A stretch of 63,574 bases of DNA, counting the filler, from Octopus bimaculoides (lineage: Eukaryota), in NCBI RefSeq assembly GCF_001194135.2. It is 5 parts of 5 records of this genome, joined end to end, with 100 filler letters (N's around TTAATTAATTAA, not from the genome) between each part and the next. Parts side by side here need not be neighbours in the genome. Positions count along the whole stretch, not along the records: positions 45,771 to 58,010 come from NC_068985.1; positions 58,111 to 61,282 come from NC_069006.1; positions 61,383 to 63,574 come from NW_026410480.1; 2 more parts are not named here. One strand, given 5' to 3'. Position 1 is the stretch's first letter, and every line of letters begins with the position of its first letter. The notes under the pieces were generated by a model. The model saw only the letters and a list, made by a program, of their open reading frames with translations. It did not search any database and was not told where the DNA came from. This document shows, piece by piece, positions 55,391-63,574 of the stretch. A program made the translations under genes and the position numbers.

Positions 55391-56217
55391 ATATTTATGT
55401 ATGTACTTATATTTATATTTATATTTACCCTTTATATATTGTGTGATGTTCAAACTGCTATACAAACATTTCATTTAAATGTGCCATACTTTGGACCCAT
55501 GAGCTCTTCCTTTGCTGTTTGAGTTGACAGGTTTTATATTTACATATTTTAATATTAGTAATGAAGTACCAATAAACTTCTAGATTGGTGAACTGGATGT
55601 GTTTATCGACAGATAACATACACTGTGGTTCTTTTTCTTCAGAACATCAGTTCTGCAACATTTTCCGTGTTTATCCCTTGTTCAAAATAGCGTCGATTTT
55701 ATTTGCAGTAGAAGGTCTACAACATTTATGGACGCAACCCTATCGTTTAGACTAGTGTTTCTCAAACTAAGACGCTAAAGTTGATTCTAGGAAGTGTTCC
55801 TAACTCAAATTAAACTTCGAATATTTAAGTAAGAGTGTTGACCGATTTGTCTAATCATCCAATGGGATGATAAACATACTAAAGCTTAAGACACACAAAT
55901 GGTGTAAAGGGAAATTTTTCAATCGTTTCTATGCAGCGTTCTTATACTTACTAAGAATTTGATATATCTTACTGCATAGACTCGTCTAACATCTTACACA
56001 TCAACTAAATCCCTCGTAAGATTTTTCTGAACACATTAACTTATTGGAATTTGAGGCGTAGCGTTAACAATCGTTACGCACTGCATTTTCTTGCATTCCA
56101 TCTATGTTGAGTGTTCAAATCCCACAGGGTTACGACTTCCTTTTAGATTTTTCTCCATTACCAATTTGCTGCCATAATCCAAAGTCAAAAATAATCCCTT
56201 CTACTACTACTATTACA

Positions 56218-56309
<92 letters not shown>

Positions 56310-56866
56310 CATTATATATTTTGATATTTTGTGTATAATAAGAAAAGTGTTATTCATTGTTGATTCATTCTATAGCGAGCTAGATTATATTTCAATTCTC
56401 GACTGTTGATGTATTTAACATGCACTACATACATCTAAACACACACATACATGCATACAAGCAAAGCATATATATATACACACATATATATATACATACG
56501 CATGTTTATATATATACATATACAAATGCATCTTTATATATATATATATATATATATATATNNNNNNNNNNNNNNNNNNNNNNNNNNNNNNNNNNNNNNN
56601 NNNNNNNNNNNNNNNNNNNNNNNNNNNNNNNNNNNNNNNNNNNNNNNNNNNNNNNNNNNNNNNNNNNNNNNNNNNNNNNNNNNNNNNNNNNNNNNNNNNN
56701 NNNNNNNNNNNNNNNNNNNNNNNNNNNNNNNNNNNNNNNNNNNNNNNNNNNNNNNNNNNNNNNNNNNNNNNNNNNNNNNNNNNNNNNNNNNNNNNNNNNN
56801 NNNNNNNNNNNNNNNNNNNNNNNNNNNNNNNNNNNNNNNNNNNNNNNNNNNNNNNNNNNNNNNNTA

Positions 56867-56916
<50 letters not shown>

Positions 56917-57246
56917 TGTGTGTGTATCTACACAGATATATACATATATACAGAGTGGTAGGAGATACTCAACTGTTTAAATCATCCACAGGTATAACGA
57001 ACTCAATACAATGGTTGAGAGTGATTAATACATTTTCTTTTAAGTTGAAATTACATAGCCATTATTAGTCTCAGGTTTTGGCGATTTCTAAGCAACAAAG
57101 AAAGAAATAACAACAATTTGTATTGTTATTAATGAATAGTTTATAAAACCGAAAAGCACATTATCAATGGAAAGTATTTTGGTTCGTTGCTGTTTTATTG
57201 TGCAAGGCTCCCTCTCAGTCGTTCATCTCCTTAACGTTTTGATATA

Positions 57247-57805
57247 CAGAGTGGTCCAAAATTATGTATTAACATGTATTAACAATTTAGATCTTAATTA
57301 TTAAAAAAAAAATTATGAAACCATTATTCTATGCTAATTTAGTTAATTACGTCAAGCTCCCTTTTCAGTTTGTAATTGTTTCTTTTTTTTCTTTTACAAA
57401 TACTGTGAAGTGTGAGCCATGCCAAACAATTTAAATCAAGATCTGACACCAATGGATTTCGTTTTTTTGTGGGTGTTGTAAAGAACAAGGTTTATGAGAA
57501 GAATCCAAAACAGTAAATGAGTTAAAAGATTAAATTTCTGACGCATTCACTGAAATTGATGAAGATCAGAATTTGTGCCGTAATTGATGGAGATCAGAAT
57601 TTGTGTCAGAATGTTCTGAAGAGGCTTGAAGAATGTTGCAATGTTGAAGGAAGACATTTTGAGCATCTGAGAGATGGAACATTGTCTGTTTAAGATGTGC
57701 ATAAACAATATGATGGTAAGATAGAAATTTAAATGTAATAAAATGTTTTAAAAGAAATATAAAGTGTCTATGTGATAACTGCAAACCTACTTTTTGGCCA
57801 GCTTG
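57247..57805 (+). mobile_element. Internally deleted Tc1/mariner-superfamily transposon with TA TSD
   Basis: C-terminal transposase remnant DLTPMDF(F)/GVVKNKVYEKNPK/VNELKD*ISDAFTEID...CQNVLKRLEECCNVEGRHFEHL. Ends are TA|CAGAGTGGTCCAAAA and TTTTTGGCCAGCTTG|TA. There is an internal 28-bp tandem duplication. Confidence 0.85.
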
Positions 57806-58134
57806 TATACTAAATCTGATTTGCTCGTCTGTTTGTCTGTCAGTCCATTTCTCTTTCATGTATGTATGTATGTATGTATGTATGTATGTATGTATGTATG
57901 TATGTATGTATCTCTCATTGTATCGCGGCGATACTGAAACCTGTTCTAAATCTACACAAATACTCGCACGCGCGCGTACAGAGATAACTGTCCCATTAAC
58001 CTATTAGTTCNNNNNNNNNNNNNNNNNNNNNNNNNNNNNNNNNNNNNNNNNNNNTTAATTAATTAANNNNNNNNNNNNNNNNNNNNNNNNNNNNNNNNNN
58101 NNNNNNNNNNATATATATATATATATATATATAC

Positions 58135-58343
58135 GTATGTGTATGTGTTTGTGTGTCTGTGTTTGTCCCCCCCCCCCAACATCGCTTGACAACCGATGCT
58201 GGTGTGTTTACGTCCACGTAACCTAGCGGTTCGGCAAAAAAGACTGATAGAATAAGTACTAGGCTTACAAAGAATAAGTCTTGGGGTCGATTTGCTCGAC
58301 TAAAGGCGGTGCTCAAGCCTGGCCACAGTCAAATGATTGAAAC
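58135..58343 (+). mobile_element. SINE family A, 3' half
   Basis: High similarity to 29240-29466. Confidence 0.9.
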
Positions 58344-59190
58344 AAGTAAAAGAGTAAAAGAGATACACAATAAAAGTTACCTTTTTATGTCCTCCTAATG
58401 TTAAATCGTATACCAGTAAGCAACAGACGACTCAAACCTGACCTGGATGCACATATAGAGGCAAATCTAAATGTCATCGAGGACAGGAGTGCCTCGTATC
58501 TTCCGTTGTTTATGAAGCACAGGTTTCAGTAAACAACGACAATGGTCGTACAAATAACAAACGTTACATCGGAACCGTGGAAGGAAAATTTAAATATAGA
58601 TATTACAACCATCTTTCGAATTTTAGGTACCGTGATAGATATTCAACAACCCTTTCGGCTTTAATCTAGAAACTTAAAGACGAAAGGACTGATTTCGATA
58701 TCAAATGGAAAATCCTCTCTAAATCCAGACCCTTATTAACGAGTCTAAAAAAGGTTCAGTGTGTTCGTTTGTATAAGTGTATCTATTAAAACACACGAGA
58801 AGCTCCAACGAACACATTAATTCGAGGAACGAGATTGTTTCTTTTTTATGTTTACATTTCAAGAAATACATCTTGTCGGAATTTAAAAGTAGAACAGAGG
58901 ACACTTAGTAAATCATTAACATCTGGTTTATGTTTGCTCGACATCGGATTATTGTAACCTTGGTTATCCCCCTTGTGTTTTTGTCTTCTTCTTTACAAGC
59001 ATCTTTTCTTTGAACGTTATCTGATCAAAAGACAACTGGTAGACGATCATGCCTTCAGCTTGATAAATGGCTGAATAAATTAATATTTCGGAATGCAAGA
59101 TTTGCGGTTGTTAATTTAAGATTATCTTTACTGTCTTAGCTAATCGAGTGCCTAATCGAGTGCGTTTCTACTTGTTGAAGTATTACCATA
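58344..59190 (+). mobile_element. Penelope-like element: linker plus GIY-YIG endonuclease pseudo-ORF and 3' region
   Basis: TIKVTFLCPPNVKS...GCTYRGKSKCHRGQECLVSSVVYEAQV...KRYIGTVEGKFKYRYYNHLSNF...TTLSALI*KLKD...IKWKILSKSRP/...NSRNEIVSFLCLHFKKYIL matches the PLE endonuclease with its Cys/His linker. It is interrupted by stops and frameshifts. Confidence 0.85.
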
Positions 59191-59256
59191 GAAATATATA
59201 TATATACATATATATATATATACATATATATATATATGGCTTGGCGATAACTATTA

Positions 59257-59288
<32 letters not shown>

Positions 59289-59645
59289 NNNNNNNNNNNN
59301 NNNNNNNNNNNNNNNNNNNNNNNNNNNNNNNNNNNNNNNNNNNNNNNNNNNNNNNNNNNNNNNNNNNNNNNNNNNNNNNNNNNNNNNNNNNNNNNNNNNN
59401 NNNNNNNNNNNNNNNNNNNNNNNNNNNNNNNNNNNNNNNNNNNNNNNNNNNNNNNNNNNNNNNNNNNNNNNNNNNNNNNNNNNNNNNNNNNNNNNNNNNN
59501 NNNNNNNNNNNNNNNNNNNNNNNNNNNNNNNNNNNNNNNNNNNNNNNNNNNNNNNNNNNNNNNNNNNTAATCGAGTGCGTTTCTACTTGTTGAAGTATTA
59601 CCATAGAAATATATATATATACATATATATATATATACATATATA

Positions 59646-59811
59646 TACGACGGGCTTCTTTCAGTTTCCGTCTACCAAATTCACTCACAAGGCTTTGGTC
59701 AGCCCAAGGCTATAGTAGAAGACACTTGGCCAAGGTGCCACGCAGTGGGACTGAACCTATAACCATGTGGTTGGTAAGCAAGCTACTTACCACACAGCCA
59801 CTCCTGCGCCT
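59646..59811 (-). mobile_element. SINE family A, 5' half, well conserved
   Basis: AGGCGCAGGAGTGGCTGTGTGGTAAGTAGCTTGCTTACCAACCACATGG...GAAAGAAGCCCGTCG on the minus strand. Confidence 0.92.
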
Positions 59812-59928
59812 AGGTATAGACCAGGATGCTAGATTTAAGAGTTAAAAATTCTTAATGCTGTTAAAGGAGCGCAATATACATACACTGAACTGACAGAGGC
59901 GCTGAACCGTCCCATGACCGTCTCTAGA

Positions 59929-59981
59929 ATCATTAGACTTGGTCTAGTTTCGCCTATTCTGTAGGCATCGTCAGTAACGAC
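59929..59981 (-). ncRNA. Type I hammerhead ribozyme, intact core with one extra U after A9 (HHR3)
   Basis: Minus strand: GUCGUUA-CUGACGA-U-GCCUA(CAGAA)UAGGC-GAAA-CU(AGACCA)AG-UC^UAAUGAU. Stem I extends to about 20 bp with two mismatches (59916-59994). Predicted cleavage is between 59936 and 59935. Confidence 0.85.
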
Positions 59982-60079
59982 TACACAAACGATCGATGAT
60001 TTGGCTAATTCCGTCAGCGTATATATATATTTTTACCATAACCATCTATGGCTGATTTAGCGGAATACTAATGCATTTA

Positions 60080-60218
60080 CTAAATATTAATATAAACAGC
60101 TAGGTGGAATGTAATACCGCAAAGGAAATATTTAATCACCACGATTAGTGACACTTGGTAACGATTAACTCTTTCCTTTATGGTATTGCATCGCGCCTAG
60201 CTGTTTACATTAAATTTT

Positions 60219-60220
<2 letters not shown>
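60080..60220. repeat. About 140-bp foldback (about 50-bp arms) next to HHR3
   Basis: CTAAATATTAATATAAACAGCTAGG...AAAGGAAA (60080-60128) pairs with 60171-60220, and there is additional inner pairing TTAATC/GATTAA and ACCA/TGGT. Confidence 0.75.
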
Positions 60221-60280
<60 letters not shown>

Positions 60281-60284
<4 letters not shown>

Positions 60285-60497
60285 TATTCTTTGTAAGCCT
60301 AGTACTTATTCGATCACAGTCTATTGCCGAACCGCTAAGTTACGGTGATGCAAATACACCACCATCGGTTGTCAAGCGATGTTGGGGGGACAAACACAAA
60401 TACACAAACATATACACACACATACATATATATATATATATACATATATATACCTGTAATTTTTACCTGTAATTTTGGAATTTGTCCCTAATATTAT

Positions 60498-60541
<44 letters not shown>

Positions 60542-60731
60542 TATATTTACACACACACATACATATACATATGTATACATATACGACGGGCTTCTTCCAA
60601 TTTCCTTCTACCAAATCCACACTCACAAGGCTTTGTCGGCCCGAGGCTATAGTAGAAAACACTTACCCAAGGTGCCACGCAGTAGGACTGAATCCGGGAC
60701 CATGTGGTTGGTAAGCAAGCTACTTACCATA
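60281..60731 (-). mobile_element. SINE family A (both ends clipped) with a family F insertion in its internal microsatellite
   Basis: Part of the 3' half at 60281-60430, family F at 60451-60497, and the 5' half at about 60582-60731. Confidence 0.85.
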
Positions 60732-60756
60732 CACACATATACACACACACATATGT

Positions 60757-60852
<96 letters not shown>

Positions 60853-61382
60853 CATACATATGTGTATGTACACGTGTTTGTGCGTGATTATATGTGCGCG
60901 CGTGTTTTTGCATGTGTGTGTATGTATGTATGTATACAGATATGTGTGCGTGTGTGCGCACGCGCCTGCGCGTGTGTGTGGGTGTGTGTGACGTCGTCAT
61001 AGACCTGTGAAACAGACAGCCTTGGTCGTGAGAAAAAGAAGAAATACACGATGTAATACTTTCAAAAGCTCTATTGTTAATCAAAGGCGAAGTGTTCGGT
61101 CTGCGGAATGTGGTGGTGGGGTATTGTGACAAGGTAGCCTTGCAGGCTTCCCATGTGAGTTGACATGGCGCATGGCACCGTCCACCGATGACGCTATGGT
61201 GTGAAATCTCGCCCTTCTCTCAATGGAAGCTTTCATTCCTTTTCACCTCATTTCCTTTCGTAGCCTCTCCACCACGACCACCNNNNNNNNNNNNNNNNNN
61301 NNNNNNNNNNNNNNNNNNNNNNNNNNTTAATTAATTAANNNNNNNNNNNNNNNNNNNNNNNNNNNNNNNNNNNNNNNNNNNN

Positions 61383-61393
61383 AAATAAAACTA

Positions 61394-61432
<39 letters not shown>

Positions 61433-61490
61433 CCATTTCTACTAAAGGTATGAGGCCTGAAATTTTGGAGGAGTGGATATATAAACATGT
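61383..61490. mobile_element. Dong 3' terminus (+) joined through (TAA)n to a SINE B tail (-)
   Basis: AAATAAAACTACTG(AAT)n is followed by AACCATTTCTACTAAAGGTATGAGGCCTGAAATTTTGG, the reverse complement of the SINE B tail. Confidence 0.75.
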
Positions 61491-61541
61491 CAATCGTAAT
61501 AGAAGACATCTATTTTCAAAATTGTGACATAAGACAAGATC

Positions 61542-61797
61542 GGAGTGAGAAAAAAATTGGAGACTTACCTGAAATAAAAGGCACTATTCAGCTGGTCATA
61601 TATTTTACATTTACTGTGATGGCGCGCTTTCGTTTCTGTTAAAAAAAAAAGGTTATTATAATGTATTTAACTATAAACTACCGCGAACCAGATTTAACTT
61701 TTCTTTATGCATCAAACTTACTAGCACCTTTTATGACGCATATATTTTTCTCACGGTTTCACTTCTAACTTATTTGCTTTCACACACCTTATTTGCT

Positions 61798-61800
<3 letters not shown>
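61542..61800. repeat. Local direct duplication, copy 1 (copy 2 at 63288-63535)
   Basis: About 250-bp colinear match starting GGAGTGAGAAAAA..TTGGAGA.TTACCTGA.ATAAAAGGCACTATTCAGCTGGTCATATATTTTACATTTA and ending TTATTTGCTTAT. Both copies end at a microsatellite. Confidence 0.9.
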
Positions 61801-61845
<45 letters not shown>

Positions 61846-61952
61846 CATACATGCATACACGCACACATATATACAAGCATACATGCATACATACATATAT
61901 ATATAGCATATATAAATATATATATATATATATACACGCACACACACACACA

Positions 61953-62148
61953 TATAGTTTTAGGGAAAAAAACAAGGTTCATAAACTCATCGATGAAAAT
62001 CCACTGTCACATATACAAAAATTAATAATTAAAAGCACAATAAATGAGTATAATATAAAACAAAGTAAATATCATAAGATAAAGATAGTATCTTTATCTT
62101 TATCTTATGATGAGTTCATGAACCTTGGTTCTTTTCCCTAAAACTATA
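61953..62148. mobile_element. About 196-bp foldback element with about 40-bp inverted ends in TA context
   Basis: TATAGTTTTAGGGAAAAAAACAAGGTTCATAAACTCATC matches the reverse complement of 62107-62148. There is an internal perfect 17-bp inverted repeat at 62071-62087 / 62095-62111. Confidence 0.75.
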
Positions 62149-62204
62149 TACTTATATATATTTAACTCTGTAGAGCTCAATTTAATTTTAATTTTTTATA
62201 AATT

Positions 62205-62253
62205 GATTTTAATTGAGTTTTTACCTGTAATTTTGGATTTTGTCCCTAATATT
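62205..62253 (-). repeat. Family F (TA)n-associated repeat end, copy 3
   Basis: GATTTTAATTGAGTTTTTACCTGTAATTTTGGATTTTGTCCCTAATATT followed by (TA)n. Confidence 0.7.
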
Positions 62254-62877
62254 ATTATATATATATATATATATATATGAAATATATGGATGCATGTATG
62301 TATGTATGTATGTATGCACACANNNNNNNNNNNNNNNNNNNNNNNNNNNNNNNNNNNNNNNNNNNNNNNNNNNNNNNNNNNNNNNNNNNNNNNNNNNNNN
62401 NNNNNNNNNNNNNNNNNNNNNNNNNNNNNNNNNNNNNNNNNNNNNNNNNNNNNNNNNNNNNNNNNNNNNNNNNNNNNNNNNNNNNNNNNNNNNNNNNNNN
62501 NNNNNNNNNNNNNNNNNNNNNNNNNNNNNNNNNNNNNNNNNNNNNNNNNNNNNNNNNNNNNNNNNNNNNNNNNNNNNNNNNNNNNNNNNNNNNNNNNNNN
62601 NNNNNNNNNNNNNNNNNNNNNNNNNNNNNNNNNNNNNNNNNNNNNNNNNNNNNNNNNNNNNNNNNNNNNNNNNNNNNNNNNNNNNNNNNNNNNNNNNNNN
62701 NNNNNNNNNNNNNNNNNNNNNNNNNNNNNNNNNNNNNNNNNNNNNNNNNNNNNNNNNNNNNNNNNNNNNNNNNNNNNNNNNNNNNNNNNNNNNNNNNNNN
62801 NNNNNNNNNNNNNNNNNNNNNNNNNNNNNNNNNNNNNNNNNNNNNNNNNNNNNNNNNNNNNNNNNNNNNNNNNNNNN

Positions 62878-62908
<31 letters not shown>

Positions 62909-62914
<6 letters not shown>

Positions 62915-63152
62915 TTCAGCTTAGAGCTGCGGCCATGCTGATGCACCACCGTGTTGCTACACTGTTATTACAGGGAGCCTCTTACAATATGTGGCACTTG
63001 GTGAAGAATGGAGTTTGATTTAGCAACCCTCATTTGCACCTCCTGCCGTGCGGTAGGTTCATCTGGGACTCTCGACAGGAAGAGGTCCAGCTTTGATTTA
63101 AAAACTCCTACATCTACTTTGTGCAGGTTCCTCAGGCTCTTTGGGAGAATAT
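62909..63152 (-). mobile_element. CR1-group LINE extreme 3' end (ORF2 C-terminus, 3'UTR, stem-loop tail)
   Basis: LPKSLRNLHKVDVGVFKSKLDLFLSRVPDEP...SNSILHQV is homologous in pattern to VPKQIKEERDPIAFKRNLNKFLRGIPD at about 5400-5490. The 3'UTR ends GGTGGTGCATCAGCATGGCCGCAGCTCTAAGCTGAAACTA. Confidence 0.85.
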
Positions 63153-63287
63153 ATATATGCATGATGTAAGTTTACGCATAATATATCAAACAATAAGACA
63201 AACAAGAAACCGACATCGTCGGGTCAGAATATTACATATTTGTACAACAAAAGTCTGAGAGACCTACTGTGACTACTAAGAGAGAAT

Positions 63288-63532
63288 GGAGTGAGAAAAA
63301 TTGGAGATTTACCTGAGATAAAAGGCACTATTCAGCTGGTCATATATTTTACATTTAGTGTGACGGTGCACTTTAGTTCCTGTTTTTATAATGTATTTAA
63401 CTATAAACTGACGTCAACCTGATTTAACTTTTCCTCACGCATCAAAAACTTACTAATGCCCTTTTAAGATGCATATTTTTTTTCTCACGATTTCTCCTCT
63501 AACCATATCTCTTTTGACACACATTATTTGCT

Positions 63533-63535
<3 letters not shown>
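63288..63535. repeat. Local direct duplication, copy 2
   Basis: Colinear with 61542-61800. Confidence 0.9.

Positions 63536-63574
<39 letters not shown>

Noticed and set aside
59020-59080. Expected hammerhead in the 3' region of the GIY-YIG PLE (AGACGATCATGCC...TGATAAA)
   Set aside because: The core is too decayed to support.
59141-59646. Duplication of about 80 bp (59153-59235 and 59568-59646) flanking a gap
   Set aside because: Identical sequence on both sides of an N run is most simply overlapping contig ends, not a biological repeat.
61000-61282. GC-richer segment before a linker gap
   Set aside because: It has stops in plausible frames and no recognisable family.

Overview
AT-rich, microsatellite-saturated eukaryotic genomic DNA from a draft assembly with many N gaps. 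The SINE repertoire looks cephalopod/Octopus-like (inference from recognition, not searched). No intact host protein-coding gene can be supported, and almost every ORF in the supplied track is a microsatellite or gap artefact. The window is a retroelement graveyard. It holds two abundant tRNA-derived SINE families (called A and B here), two CR1-type LINE 3' ends and a decayed CR1-type RT, Dong/R4-type restriction-like-endonuclease (RLE) LINE fragments in (TAA)n, and a second RLE LINE in (CATA)n. It also holds two Penelope-like (PLE) GIY-YIG endonuclease remnants, Tc1/mariner, pogo/Tigger and hAT relics. The most interesting signal is a set of type I hammerhead ribozyme motifs in non-coding, partially tandem or inverted PLE/retrozyme-like repeats. 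Three have intact catalytic cores, all on the minus strand (16320-16384, 21763-21822, 59929-59981), and one on the plus strand is degenerate (15541-15588). A covarying 3' stem-loop shared by SINE A and the CR1-type LINE ends points to the SINE's mobilising partner. All coordinates, folds and translations were read by eye, so boundaries of decayed elements are approximate.
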